Notes: a model not told the origin generated them from the letters alone. A stretch of 64,000 nt of DNA from Octopus vulgaris (GCA_951406725.2 OX597814.1:40982001-41046000), one strand, 5' to 3'. Positions 40,734 to 54,476 are shown, numbered from the stretch's first letter. Numbers and translations: made by a program.

Positions 40734-42974
40734 TTACGGACCAACTAATTCACCAGGAAAAAATAATTTGCAAAGATACTTTTGACTCTGTTATCATCTA
40801 GTGTAACAATTTAAAAATGATAATAACATAATTAGCTATATAGGCAATTACAGGTCCCCTAATATGTAATAGCTGAATTACTGAAATTAATCAAAGGACA
40901 TTCGAAGTATCTATCCTCAGGAAATAAAAGTCAAAACTCTTATCTAAACCGACAAAATACTCTGATAATAACTACAGGAATAAATCATCCAAAGACAAAC
41001 ATACTAATACAATCTCCCAACGTACATTTAAGTATTTGGAGTCCATACTTATAGCAATATCATTAAAACAATTTTACATTAATATAAACCAGTGGTTCAC
41101 CAAAGATTTTGGGGCTGGCATGCCCTACTCATCACCACAGAAATATCAAGCAACTCTGTTTCACAAATAATGCTATAAGCTATTTCAACCATTATTTTGT
41201 TGTTTTTAGCCTACTGATTTAGAATTTTGTAGAGTACACGTTTGTTATTCTTGAACAAGAATATGATTGAGAGTAACTTCGAAGTTCCAGTCAATTATGC
41301 CATTGTTGGTTTCTGCCGTATTGCAGTTCATCTTGGCTGTGTGTGCGTGATTATTTAATTTGAGGAATATTTTTTTTAATATTATTATTTCTCCTTTCCC
41401 TAGGAAAAGAATAGCATCAAAGAACTTGAATTGTTATGCCAGCCCCGGATATTTAGATCTTTTATCTCACACGGGAATGTCTTCATATCCTTTCTTTTAT
41501 GTTGGAGCCGAATATTTAGTAACATCGGTATAAATATATAATCTTCGTAAGTTTCGTAGACTATGTTTTCTGCATTGCATGGTAGAGTTATCAATATTCC
41601 GATGTAGAAAACAGCTTTACAGTCACATATACCGCTTCCATTAATAATTTATTCTCTGTTCCGATGTATTGTAAATAACTATCATATATGAACATCTGAA
41701 TGGTGTATTCTGTCTGTTTTATTTCTGCTCTTTGCTTAACGGTTGTGTGTTTTTATAATTCAGTATTCAAACAGATAAGATTTCATTGACTTATACACAC
41801 ATTATAAGAAGTAGAAAGTTAAATACAGGTCTCGTAATTTTAAAAGTGATAATCTACGGAGTTATTTGTTGGACCAAATTGCATTTGTAAGATAATTTCT
41901 TAGAACTATTAAAGGCATTGATCATATCTTACCTATATAAATCCCATCAGAAAAGATAAACATGTGATTCGTGTCATGTACATCTCAATTGCTTTCCAGT
42001 TTTACAATCACATCCTTCCTTTTCTAATGTAGGCAATATTGCATTGCAGCTATTTCAGTTTGGGGCATTTGCATATAAACACGTGCCAAAATATCCTCGT
42101 AAATTTATGTAATGCTGTGGGCGTATGATTTGGTAGAGGAGGATATTTTATAGGAACGTCGCCAATATATATATTATCCATGGTCAATATACGCATGCGC
42201 GTGTGCACACATTTACATAGACATATGTACAAACGTATATATGTATACATTAAAATACAGAGTGAGTGACGTAATTTTAAACATACACGGAAATATGATA
42301 TATATAGGGAAAACAGAAAATTCTGTCTTCCAATGACAAAATGTCTGATATGAAGAAAAACTGAAAACAATTAATGCCGCCAAGCTTGCTGATTTCTCAG
42401 AAAGTAGTGATAGTCGAAGTTAAGAAAAGCTAAAACACCTTTAGAAAAAGAAGAGGAATATTGTACAAATATGCGGGTGAAAAGGAAAACGAGCTACGAA
42501 TTACGATGACATGTATGGAGCAAATATTAAATATAAAAACAAACCACATCAAAATTATATGCATAAAAGAATGACGTGAAAATAGATCCCAGAGGAACCA
42601 TACAAAGATATCAGGCTTCCATTCGTTGACTGACATGCAGATATTCCATAGCATAAACTATACAACATGAAGTATAATTCGTCTATAAATGATTACAAGA
42701 CTTCAAGACACACATAACAGTAAAAGCATTAGATGGGCAAACACATTGGATGAATGACAAGTAAACAATAAACAAAATACAAATATACATCGTGAACGAT
42801 TGTAAAATCTACGGTTAACTGGCAGTAACACCAACAATTCTATGTTACTTAAAAAACATAAAAGATGTGAATGAAACAGACACTAGGTGATATAAGAAAA
42901 CATGGAATATTCTCTCACCTACGAAGAAACAACACGAATATCCAAAAGATTTCTGTGTCTATGTAGATAATATG

Positions 42975-43330
42975 CATGGCTGTGAGGTTATGGAAATCGC
43001 TTTAAAATCACATGGATTCCTGTTCAGTACCAGTTTGCAATACAATTATGAAGAGTTTTCTACTATATCTCCGGGACAACCAATCTCTTATGAATAAATC
43101 TGGTGGATAGAAACTGGTAGAAAGCCTCACATATATGTATATATGTGTATTGTATGTATATGTGTAGCTTTTTGTTTGTCCCAGCACCGCTTGTGAACTA
43201 GTATTGATTACCTTGCCTTGTGTAGCTTAGTAGTTGCTTATACAACACCCATACAATGGGTACTAGAATAAAAGATTGATTAGTACGATGAAAACCGCGC
43301 AGCAATATCACAGTAAAAGACAACAGGTAT
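42975..43330 (+). mobile_element. Degenerate SINE family 2
   Basis: Patchy similarity to 54332-54476 and to the reverse complement of 59158-59558. Confidence 0.5.
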
Positions 43331-43355
43331 GTATGTAAATGACTGCATATAGATG

Positions 43356-43434
<79 letters not shown>

Positions 43435-43475
43435 GGATGGATAGATACGCTCACACACACATGTGAAATCTGGAA

Positions 43476-43640
43476 GGACGTGGAATAGTGGCTACGTTAT
43501 TGTATTCATGATCGTAGGATTCTTGTTTCGATTCCTTGACTGAATAGGGCGTAGTGTTGTTGAGCAAAATCTCTATTTAACGTTGCTCCAGTCCACTCAG
43601 TTAGCAACAATGAGTGATCCAACTACTGAACGGCGTCTGG
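43476..43640 (+). mobile_element. Degenerate SINE family 1 head and core
   Basis: TTGAGCAAAA...ACGTTGCTCCAGTCCACTCAG. Confidence 0.65.
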
Positions 43641-43719
43641 TTCAGGTGGGGAATATAGGTGGAGACAAGGCAAATGTCTTCTATTTTAGTCTCTTGATGC
43701 TGAAATCTTTGTATGTGGA

Positions 43720-43990
43720 TTTGATACATGGAAACTAAAAAAAAAATAAATTCGACCCATCTGGGGCATATTTTATAATCCATGAACGGATGAAAAGTAA
43801 AATCAGTCTCGGTGTAATTTGAGATCAGAGCGTGAAAACGAATGACAATTTGTTAAATACTCTCCAAGAATGCTAACGACTGTACTGCACGCTGCACTAA
43901 ATCATAAAATGCGAAGTCGACTACTAAGCACAAAGACGGGCGAAATACTGCACAACGTTCTGTCCGTGCTGATAAAAATCTGCAAGTTCA
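43720..43990 (-). mobile_element. Degenerate family-3 (Nin-type) SINE pieces
   Basis: Reverse-complement similarity to 12252-12700. Confidence 0.5.
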
Positions 43991-44452
43991 TATGAACAAT
44001 ATTAACATGAAAAATATATCGTTTGCCATACAATTTAAGGAAGATAAAATATAATATTAGAAATATTTGCATTAATCACATTTAAATCTATATAAACAAC
44101 CAATTACACTGAAATGTTTTCAAAAAAAATTACATTTTGGTATAATAAAACTGGTTATTTTATTTTGAATAAACAATTCTACGAGAGATGTGCAGGTATT
44201 AATTCTACATGACATCAAAGAGTTAATAAAAACCGAAATGGAGAAAATTATATACACTTGTATGAATATTCCTAACGAGTATGTTGGTTTCTTAATAGCA
44301 GTTATAGTACAAACACACGTGTGCTGAAAGACACACGAGCCCTTGCACATACACATATAACATATAATGAATGCAAAAAACACACATACACACACCCACA
44401 TATATATATATATATATGTGTGTATGCATATTTATATATATATATATATTTG

Positions 44453-44541
<89 letters not shown>

Positions 44542-44690
44542 GAGTGTAGTTTTACCTTGTAAACAATTAACACGGAAAAATAAATAAATAGTTACCAGGG
44601 CAGCAAAAATCTCAATATTAATAGCGTTCTGTCTATCGCTATACAAATCCATCATTATTTTGCTAAAATGTCTTATTGACGAGTTTCGAT

Positions 44691-44787
44691 TTTTTCACTT
44701 TCCTGAGGAGAAGATTGCATTGTTTATACCATTTATTCTTTTGAATAGTATCAGTGGAATTTTCGAAACATGTGTCGAAAGTAAAAA
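44691..44787 (+). ncRNA. Intact type I hammerhead ribozyme in a ~290-bp (TA)n-flanked element (44540-44830)
   Basis: ACTTTC-CTGAGGA(44703)-GAAGATT...AATTTTC-GAAA-CATGTG-TC-GAAAGT; GUC site with predicted cleavage after 44776. Confidence 0.85.
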
Positions 44788-44829
44788 TATTTGATTACAC
44801 CTGCGTTAACTCCATTTTTTATCCATATA

Positions 44830-44898
<69 letters not shown>

Positions 44899-44917
44899 AA
44901 TGTGACTGCGTGTGTAT

Positions 44918-46220
44918 CTTAAATCCTGAAATCATTTAAAATGTTTTAGCCCGAAGGCCGCGGCCATGCTGGGGCACCACCGCTGAATGAGCTACACTAA
45001 TATGTGAATCCACCTCTGATACGTGACACTTGATCAACAAGGGAGTTCAATGCTGCTGCCCGCATCTGCGTCTCCTGTCGTGAGGTAGGTTCATCTGGGA
45101 CTCCCAACAAGAAGAGATCCAGTTTAGTTTTAAAGAAACCCACACCCACACTATGTAAGTCTCTCAGGCATTTAGGGAGGATGTTTAAGAGCTGTGGTCC
45201 TCTGAAACCCAAGCTGTTGCAGCATCTGGACCTGTATTTTGATGGTGATGTTGGAATCTTTGGCACCATGCAGTGGCGCCCCGTTCTGCAGTTGGGGTAA
45301 CTTTGAATGCCAAAATTTGGGACAAGACCCTCCAGGATTTTCCAGATGTATATCACCGCATATCTCTCCCGCCTCCGCTCTAGGGAGAAGAGGTTTTATA
45401 CTTTTAGTCTTTCCCAGTAGCTGATATTTTGCATTGAGACGATTTTCTTTGTGTAGCTTCTCTGAATTGCTTCGAGTTCTGCTGTTAGTTTTATATTGTG
45501 TGGTGACCATAGTTGGGAGCAGTAGTCCAAGCTGCTGAGGACGAATGTTCGGAGTATCCATCCAGCTAGCCGTCTGCATTTTATCACCAGATTATTAATA
45601 TGCACTTGGAAATATGCATCATTGCTCATGTCAATGCCAGGTCACGCACTGATTTTGACTCAGGGATTGCAATTCTTCCTGGGCCAGTATATCCAGTCTG
45701 CACGTCGTTTACCTTTGTGTGCCGGTGGCGCAGGGTCTGGAATTTACCTGCATTAAACTTCATGTTGTTGTCCTCAGCCCACCTGTATATTGTGTCCAAT
45801 TCCTTTTGCAGATGCGCAATATTTTCAGGGTTTTGTATTCTGTGGGAGACTTTTGTGTCATCTGCATAGCTAGCAAGGGTGGCCATCGTAGCAAATGAAG
45901 GCATGTCTGAAAGGGCTACTATGAACATCAGTGGCCTCAAGACAGTGTCCTGTGGGATACTGCTTGTTATTTGTGCTTCGTTGGAGGTGGCTCCATTGCT
46001 CACAACTGCCTGTCTTCTCTCTTTTAGGAAGTTGTGCAGCCACTCTCCAAGTTTCTCGCCTATGCCGAGACCACGCAATTTGTGACAGATCATACCATGG
46101 TCAACTTTATCAAAGGCTTTTGCAAAGTCGAGATTTATTACATCCACCTTTGAGCCATTTAGTAGTTGTTTCAACAGCCAGTCATAGTGTTGCAGGAGCT
46201 GTGTTAGGCAGCTTCTAACC
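44918..46220 (-). mobile_element. CR1-group LINE, 5'-truncated (RT domain to 3' UTR)
   Basis: RSCLTQLL, LDFAKAFDKVDH, YADDTKV, KFNAGKFQ, LDYCSQLWSP, IYIWKILEGLVPN; frameshifted. Confidence 0.93.
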
Positions 46221-46410
46221 GTTGGCGATTTTTTTCCTCCGTCTTCCCTTTCTTGGATCATTCCTTTTCCTATGTTTCTGACGAAGAGCTCCGCTCGAAA
46301 GGTTAATTCCTCCTTCTTTCTTTCCTTTCCTGAGCGTCCAATAACACTATACTTGTTCCACGTCCTCGCGTTGTGTTTTCTCTTTGTGTTTTCTTGTTTG
46401 GATTAACTTT
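46220..46410 (+). mobile_element. Family A pLTR-like repeat with a hammerhead-like motif at 46274-46306
   Basis: GTTT-CTGACGA-A-GAGC-TCC-GCTC-GAAA-GGTT; homologous to 3779-3962. Confidence 0.7.
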
Positions 46411-46879
46411 ATATATATATATATATATATATAAGAAAAAAAAAACCTTTTATCAAATCAAGATGAAAAGTTTAATTACACCATCGAGAAAATTACATAT
46501 AATAGAAATATTAAATATAAGATAAAAAATAATATACCGACGTTTAAATAAGGCAGGAAAGTATACAGACCCAAAATTTAAAAATGCAGATTCTCCTTTG
46601 CTGTAAAGTAAATTAGTGGACAATTACTCTCCTAGTAATATGCCTTCCCCCAATCAATATGTCTATTTTCAACACTTTGCGTGGTTAGCAATGCAAAACC
46701 AGTTCTTACTTTACTTATGCTCAATGAATAAAATGTTATTTTGTACAAAACGATATAATATATTTATTATTATGACTATAATATACTCCTTAAACCTGTA
46801 AAACAAATTTGTGTTTTTTCATCTTTTCTCTTTCTGTATATAGCCATCCAAGTGTGTTCTCCCACTATAATATTTACTC

Positions 46880-46950
<71 letters not shown>

Positions 46951-47414
46951 TGTATATAGGATCTACAGAAGAAAAGGGTACAGCAGTAGTCTTTTGTATT
47001 TAATTATCCTCTAACTCATTGGCTGAAATATGTATAGGGATATTTGTTCATCTGCGTACAGTTTTGGTTATAATTAGTGAAGTATAAACACAGTGCCATG
47101 TCATACTCGTTTGCGCATGACCACTACGTTCGTATATATTCACATTCACACACACGCACGTACACACAAACACGCATAATCATGCTTTAAATTATACAAA
47201 GATTAATAAGTAAATGAAGGAACATCAAATAAGATTTCACGCTCAGAAAAAAACTGGAAGAAGTCTGACATTTTCTTTCTAAATTCTTCTATAGAAATAA
47301 ATGAGAAACATAACGACGGAAACGGTAAAACAATGGGCAGTAGAAAAAAAACCGTGTCTGGATCTGCATTATACATCTGCGCGAGCATGCGCGTGCGTCT
47401 GCATGAAGACGACT

Positions 47415-47535
47415 GCCACAGTGGTTAAAGCGTCAGGCTCACAATAATGATATAATGAGTTACATTTCCGCACCTGGATGTGTGTTGTGTTTTTGAGCAA
47501 GACACTTTATTTTTACGTTGCTCTAATTCACTCAT
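47415..47535 (+). mobile_element. Truncated SINE family 1 head
   Basis: CAGTGGTTAAAGCGTC...TTGAGCAAGACACTTTATT. Confidence 0.7.
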
Positions 47536-48679
47536 CTATTGTTTTTGCATTACATGAAAATCTAAAGTAGAAAAAAACTCAAATCACTATATTAACTGAA
47601 ACATGTATTAGCGTGCACTCGCACTGAGTCAAATGTAATTATCTCCAGCTAACACTATTTGCAATAATTTTTAAACAAATATTAACAAGTCGTAAACGAA
47701 TAGTATATATTTATCACGTGGATATTACGGCATATGAAGTAAAATGAATGTTCTTTATTCACTAATTATATTCAATCATATAACTTAATAATCATATAAT
47801 TTAAGTTTACAGTAGACTCAATCCATTCGAGGAAATTTATAATTGAATACATTTGCCAAAATAATGCTTCCTGAAATATTTCATGGTTAACAAACACGAT
47901 AGATTGCATCCGCATTTCGGCCTCGAGCCTCTTATAATTTTTATCTGGTATTACAGAACAAAACCTGTCATATATTGAAAATTATCATAGACATAATTTT
48001 AAAAAATGTTTATGATCGTAGCATAGATCAACAGAGCAATTGCATAGTTACAAGGTAGCAAACCTTCAATTTAATTTTTTTTTATACATTATGTACCTTA
48101 TTTTACTTAAAGAAAAGTCAAGTTCATGCAGGCGTTTCATGTTTGCAATAACTTATTCTAACACAATGTACAACTGACCGAAAATGACGTCGCTTTATTA
48201 CATTTAAAAAAAAAAAAAATTAGCATATATTATTTTAGAAGCTGTATTCGTATGTTGGTTTTCGACAAGTGATCTAGCTCTAGAATGCCGATTTAATTTT
48301 ACCCTAAGTAAAATCTACCAGTTCAATTCATATACCTAAGAGATAGTGTCATTATTTTAACATTACGTTATGTTAACACTGATCAAATATGCGCAATGAA
48401 ATTCATAGCACATTATCATAGAGAAGCTACCAGCTGTATTTCGATATACAGTGAGATACATATCCCAAATTGATTTTATGAAATGACATACAAATGTAAT
48501 CTAATACGTTACCTATTACAAGAGATATCAAAAGAACATAGGTGGAAAAGTTGCCCCAACAAAAAAAACACTGTACATGCAATGCTTACATGGTTAAATC
48601 AATATACCATATAAAGAAAACATATGATATTGTGAGAGGTGTACTTAATATTAAACATGGGCTATATTTTGAAAATGCA

Positions 48680-48927
48680 TTGGGTTGGTGCATAATTTTG
48701 TGGCTTTGTTGTCATCAAGTTTTATTTAACAAAAACAATAACATGTAAAAAAAACATTTAAATGTTTACTCCGGAGCAAATTCACCATCTACTAAAATTA
48801 CTGCTTCCCATTTGCTTGGAAGACGGTCAGACGGTCATTTAAAGAAGTTTTTGTTAAATAGTATTATTGATTTTGTTGAATAAATTTGCTGAAATAAAAA
48901 AGCCGCAATGATTATGCACCAACCCAA
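48680..48927 (-). mobile_element. Mariner-derived MITE (~250 bp)
   Basis: TIRs TTGGGTTGGTGCATAATT and ATTATGCACCAACCCAA; TA on the right flank, CA on the left. Internal DRLPSKWEAVILVDGEF is a transposase C-terminal remnant. Confidence 0.88.
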
Positions 48928-49364
48928 TATAATTCAGAAAATGTAGACAAGTATTTTAACGGGAAAATTAAATAAATGCAACTCGATGTAATTGAAGAAC
49001 ATTGAGAGATTCAAGAAAAATTTTTCAACAATTGATTTGGCTTAATGAGAAAAAATGTTTTAAATATAAATTGCAATAAAAAAAAAAACTGGTTTGTATT
49101 CTCCAGTCTTTTATTGTCTATCTGAGACAGTAAATGTCTATGCCATACGATTAAGCTACAACAACGAAATATTGTGTTAACATCTTAGAAATATTTATGA
49201 TAGAAATTTCCGGGAGCTTTAGGGTGTAGAAAGGCGTTACCCGCATGACATTCTCACATAGATATCGATTATACAGGTTAATGTCCTTTCAAAGTGAGCG
49301 GTAGTTTTTTTTATGAAAAACTATAAATAATTCTCTCTAAAGCACACATTTTTTCTCTGTAAAA

Positions 49365-50055
49365 CTCGTCTCAATTAGCCCACAGAGGCAATTCTCCACC
49401 CCCGACGACTACTACCCGTAGGACAATTACCCAACTTAGTTATTTACCTCCTCTTCAATATAGTAAGAAATTTTAAATCATTATCTAATACTGCAAATTA
49501 TACGGTATTCCTCGCAAAATGGGTCTGCTGCTAACTTTATTTGTTGTTGATGTGTATGTAATTCAAAATGCCGTATTTTACAACTATGAGATTTTATCTT
49601 ACTACAATCAATAGCAAACACATTTCATCAATATTGAAGACTTTATTATATTGAAATTAGCATTATTTAAACATGAAGGTAAAACAAAACAAATATGCAT
49701 TGTTTTCTTCTGTGCTCCAATGTACTGAAGCAGTAGTCTTTCACGTTTTTCACTGACCGACATTTCCTCTGAAAAATCAGTGGACTCATTTGATCTCCAT
49801 AAACAACTTACTTTCCTCCTGAATCTTATAAAAATTACACATATTGGGCTCACCATTGGCAAATTTCTGAGGTAAAAATTAGCGGCTTATACACAGAAAA
49901 ATATGATACACATCAAGGGTTAACTGCTTAGGGATAATAATCCGAGCGATGAATTGTACTGGGGGATTGTTGTCCTCGGGGCTAATTGACCTTCAGAGCT
50001 GTAGGTTATACGTCAGGTCTTAACTGCTTAGGCCATGGGGAGTAAATGTCATAGA
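49365..50055. mobile_element. Possible decayed foldback-type DNA element with a nested pogo/Tigger-like MITE (~49570-49908)
   Basis: Inverted CAATTAGCCC/GGACAA motifs at both ends; inner ends CCGTATTTT... and ...GCGGCTTATACACAGAAAAATATGATA. Confidence 0.35.
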
Positions 50056-50392
50056 CTCTTAAAACTATAGCAAATTCTCTCTAAAATATGTATACGAACA
50101 GTGTCGCATCACAGAAGCAATTTATTTATAACTACATCAAACATGTCATACAGAATCCATAAGTACACATAGATGTATTTCCGAGGGAAATATAAATTTA
50201 TTACTTTGTTAGACAATCAACTTGAGTAGCTTGCAACGTTACTATTTTCAGACATGTTATTTTCGACGATCAAAATTTAAACGAATGTAGTGCAACTAGA
50301 TTTTATATACAAAACTTAGTTTTATTGGTAATTCATGGTGTATGTTTCTGATAAATTTTCGGCCTCAACAATATATTATAAGTTGTATTATT

Positions 50393-50618
50393 CTTTACTC
50401 TTTTACACTTTCACTTGTTTCAGTCATTTGATTGTAGCCATGCTGGAGCATCGCCTTTAGTCGAGCAAATCTATTCCAGGACTTATTCTTTGTAAGCATA
50501 GTACTTATTCTCTCGGTTTCTTTTGCCGAACAGCTAAGTTACATGGACGTAAACACACAAGCATCGGTTATCAACCGCTGTCGGGGAGGGGACAAACACA
50601 GACACGCAAACATATACG

Positions 50619-50682
<64 letters not shown>

Positions 50683-50848
50683 CATACATAAATACATACA
50701 GTTTCCCTCTACCAAATCCACTCACAAGGCTTTGGTCAGCTGGAGGCTATAGTAGAAGACACTTACCCAAGGTAACACGCAGTAGGACTGAACGTGGAAC
50801 CATGTGGTTTGTAAACAAGCTACTTACCACATAGCCATTTCTTCGCCT
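50393..50848 (-). mobile_element. SINE family 2, full length, with internal (TACA)n
   Basis: Homologous to 59158-59558; tRNA-like head on the minus strand. Confidence 0.88.
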
Positions 50849-51811
50849 ATTAGTTAAAACTATATATATACTGCTGAAGAAATTTCAAAAATTAAATGAA
50901 CGTTGCTTATTGTCTAAAAAATTAAGACGTTACAATAATGTTAATAAATATCGATCGTGTTCTGTAAAAAATACCATAAATAAGAGAATCCAGCGTACAA
51001 AATACGCAATTAATACGTGTAAATTGCTAGCACCTTCAAAAACTTTTGTTGCTGTGTCATCTTTTTTATTTTGAATATTCAGAAAATGTTGCTAATAGTG
51101 TTTGTATTAACTATTTAATATTGTTTTCTTGCGTTCCGCCAAACATTTATTTATTGACAGCTTCTTAGGTGCGAAGAAAGTCTATATTACGTTATTTTGT
51201 GAGTAATATTACATTCTCACTTTCAGCGATATTTACCTAGATATTTTGATTTCTCTTTATATTTTGCATGGATAGGTAAAATGAATCACATATGCTGGAA
51301 AATTCCCATTTGATTACAGTTTTAAGGAGTTGCTCATGTCTGATCATCAGCTGGTCAAACGAGCCTAGTTTTCTTTGGGATATTCATTGTGTGAATATTC
51401 TGCTCGGAAGTATAATGTATCGTTACAAAAACAGTCCTGTAGCAGCAACGCAATTCCATCGCTAAGATTGTATAGACTATATACAACCAGAATTGAAGTC
51501 AAAAGCGTGTGTATGAGGCAGCCGTTTTCGAACTTATATTTCAGAAAGGTTTTTTAATGAGAGAGCACATGCTTGGGCATTCTCTTCTAATATTCATTAC
51601 ATATTTAAAGGATATTCTGACAGTGAATAATCAAAACTACCAGTCTTGTTTTTGCAGCTCATGAGCGGAAACGATAAAGTGTAAGTATTGGAAAATTGAG
51701 CATTTCAGTACAATATATTAAGCTATACTCTAAATTTCTTTTGAGTATTGTAAGTACTGTAATCTATCGTTTCTGTTCAACGAAGATATATACAATGCAT
51801 ACATACATGCA

Positions 51812-51889
<78 letters not shown>

Positions 51890-51892
<3 letters not shown>

Positions 51893-52045
51893 GCAGGAGT
51901 GGCTGTATGATAAGTAGCTTGCTTACCAACCACATGGTCCCGTTTTCAGTTCCATTGCGTGGCACTTTTGGTCTTCTACTATAGCCTCGAACCGACCAAA
52001 GCCTTGTAAATTGATTTGGTAGACGAAAACAGAAAGAAGCACGTT
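51890..52045 (+). mobile_element. SINE family 2, 5' part
   Basis: GGCAGGAGTGGCTGTATGATAAGTAGCTTGCTTACCAACCACATGG. Confidence 0.85.
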
Positions 52046-52067
52046 ATATATATATATATATATATAT

Positions 52068-52107
<40 letters not shown>

Positions 52108-52139
52108 AGTGAGAGAGATAGTATACCAAAGCGCGTGGT

Positions 52140-53975
52140 TTGGATGTGTTAGAAACAAAGTAGAGTAAATAAACTACAGAAGATTTGTATTATATGGTTG
52201 AAAATATATTAAAATAGGCATGTTAGGAATAAAATATAAAATTTCAAGTGTAGTGATATTGTTTTGGGAAAAATGACCGGATTTTTGTATTTTCTTTTCA
52301 AATGTCTCAAATTTCTTTAACGATGTCATCTTTTCGTCATGGTCTGATGTAGAAGGGTTCGAAACAGGGGAGGTAATCCGGGATTTTTTCGGTATAAGGG
52401 AAATAATGAAAAATATTGGAAATATTTAGGTGTATTTAGTTTAATATGATATGGTTTTTATTGAATGAAGTGCTAGAAATGGTTAAGTTTGGGTTTATAT
52501 TTTTCTATGAGGTAAGATTCCTTATTTAGAAACGCTAGAAATGGTTAAGTTTTGGCTTATATTTTTCAATAAAATAAGTTTCCATCTGTAATCTAACTTG
52601 TGCTGATGTTCCAATAGGACATTGATAAAATGGAGAAATTACAAATTGTGGTATCAGTCGTTTTCCGCAACTGTCAATGTCTTCACGATAGGGTATAATT
52701 CTGTATTCTGAGAAGGCAATGTGCTGTCGGTGCAGAGTGCATCTGCGTCTGAGCGATAATCACGTGGGCCCTATGTAATTCTGGTAGCAGCCGGAGCATC
52801 CTACAACATATACCAGGTTTTCCGAAGTGCAAGCTAAGTCAGATTACATTGTTAATTTTTGTCCTTCTTTAAAAAGGAATTCTGCTGCTTCTATAATGAT
52901 GTGGCATGTTACGCATTTTAGTCCACCACATTTTGTCGTTTTTGAGTCCGTTATTTTAAAAAAGATTTTTGACTTTTGAGGATATTTTTTAGTGACTTCT
53001 GTTGTTTGTGGATTTTAATGTTCTTATGTGTGTGTGTATAATTTCCTATAGTTTGGAGATTTAATGTAACATTGGTAGATTTTGTGTGATGATGGTGGAG
53101 GCTTCTTTGTTTCTGGGTTTGTAAGTAGATATGTACGGTATTATTTGGGGGGAGAGGGAGTTGCTGCGTTGTAGTTTTATGAAGGCCTTTATGTCGATTT
53201 GTGTTGCACGTCTCATTCTAAGCTCTATAAGTTGAACTGCATAGTATCTATCAATAAGGGTGTTTTTGAGTTCTTACAGCCTAAATCGCTGGCATTTTTC
53301 TGACAGTATGGTGCATATCCTTCTTGCAAGGCTGAATGGGATGTTTGAGTTGGCGTGTCTTGGGTGGCACAAATTATATAGTAGATATTGTTTGGCGTCT
53401 GCGGTTTTGTAAAATATATCCGTTTCTACGTTTCGGCCTATATTGTTAAATATTATATCCAAAATCTGGAGTTTCTTCTGGTTGTATTCCATTGCGAATT
53501 ATATGTTATGGTTGACGCTGATCAATATTCTTTTGAATTCAAGGAGTTTATGTGTCTTTTCATTCCAGAAGATGAAACTGACGTCCAGCAATATTTTCCA
53601 ATTCCATTTTATGTATTAGAAAAGAGGGTTTCCAAAGGTAGGTAAAGATACCTGTTATATTCTTATTTCCAGGTAGCACATTATTACATTCACAATGCCC
53701 GAAGCTGCTCTAGTACCCATAGCAATTCCGGATTATTGTCGATAAAAAGTGTTACCAAACATAAAATTATTGTTCCGTAGGGTAAACTTAAATGACTATG
53801 AATTCTTTGCTAATCATTTCCGGTATTTCTTCCGGATATTGGTCCGGCCAGAACTGAACTGCCTCTCGTCTAAATTTGTGTGGTATACTGGTATATAAGC
53901 TATTCACATCAAATGAAACCTTGACCTTTTGGGGGGAGGTGATTTAACATGTCCAAGTCATCTCTGATATATTTC
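52140..53975 (-). mobile_element. Penelope-like element, decayed (RT plus GIY-YIG endonuclease)
   Basis: VSFDVNSLYTSIPH, GIAMGTRAAS, thumb ETDIFYKTADAKQYLLYNLCHPRH..NIPFSLARRIC, KCGGLKCVTC and CTSENLVYVVGCSGCYQNYIG. The left boundary is approximate. Confidence 0.92.
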
Positions 53976-54177
53976 CAGAGTGGAGGTATCTCTTATAAAC
54001 CCTAATTTATAATTTTAATAATAATTATTACATTTGAAGGGTTTTTTTATTCCCATGTTGGCAACTTGATAAGATCGATAATTTAAATAACGATCTTATT
54101 TTTATTTACATATATATATATATACTTGGAAAATGATACGTGGCGTTCAAACATATAATAATATAAATAATATATAT

Positions 54178-54214
<37 letters not shown>

Positions 54215-54217
54215 TAT

Positions 54218-54289
<72 letters not shown>

Positions 54290-54331
54290 GTGTGTATATA
54301 TATATAAATAACATATATATATAAATAATAT

Positions 54332-54476
54332 AGGCGCAGGAGTGGCTGTGTGGTAAGTAGCTTGCTAACCAACCACATGGTTCCGGATTCAGTCCCACTG
54401 CGTGGCATCTTGGGCGAGCGTCATCTGCTATAGCCCCGGGACAACCAATGTCTTGTGAGTGGATTTGGGAGACGGA
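54332..54476 (+). mobile_element. SINE family 2, 5' part
   Basis: GGCGCAGGAGTGGCTGTGTGGTAAGTAGCTTGC...TTCAGTCCCACTGCGTGGC. Confidence 0.88.

Noticed and set aside
52340-52370. CTGATGT...CGAAAC hammerhead-like words on the plus strand
   Set aside because: Core mismatch, no helix I or III, and antisense to the adjacent PLE
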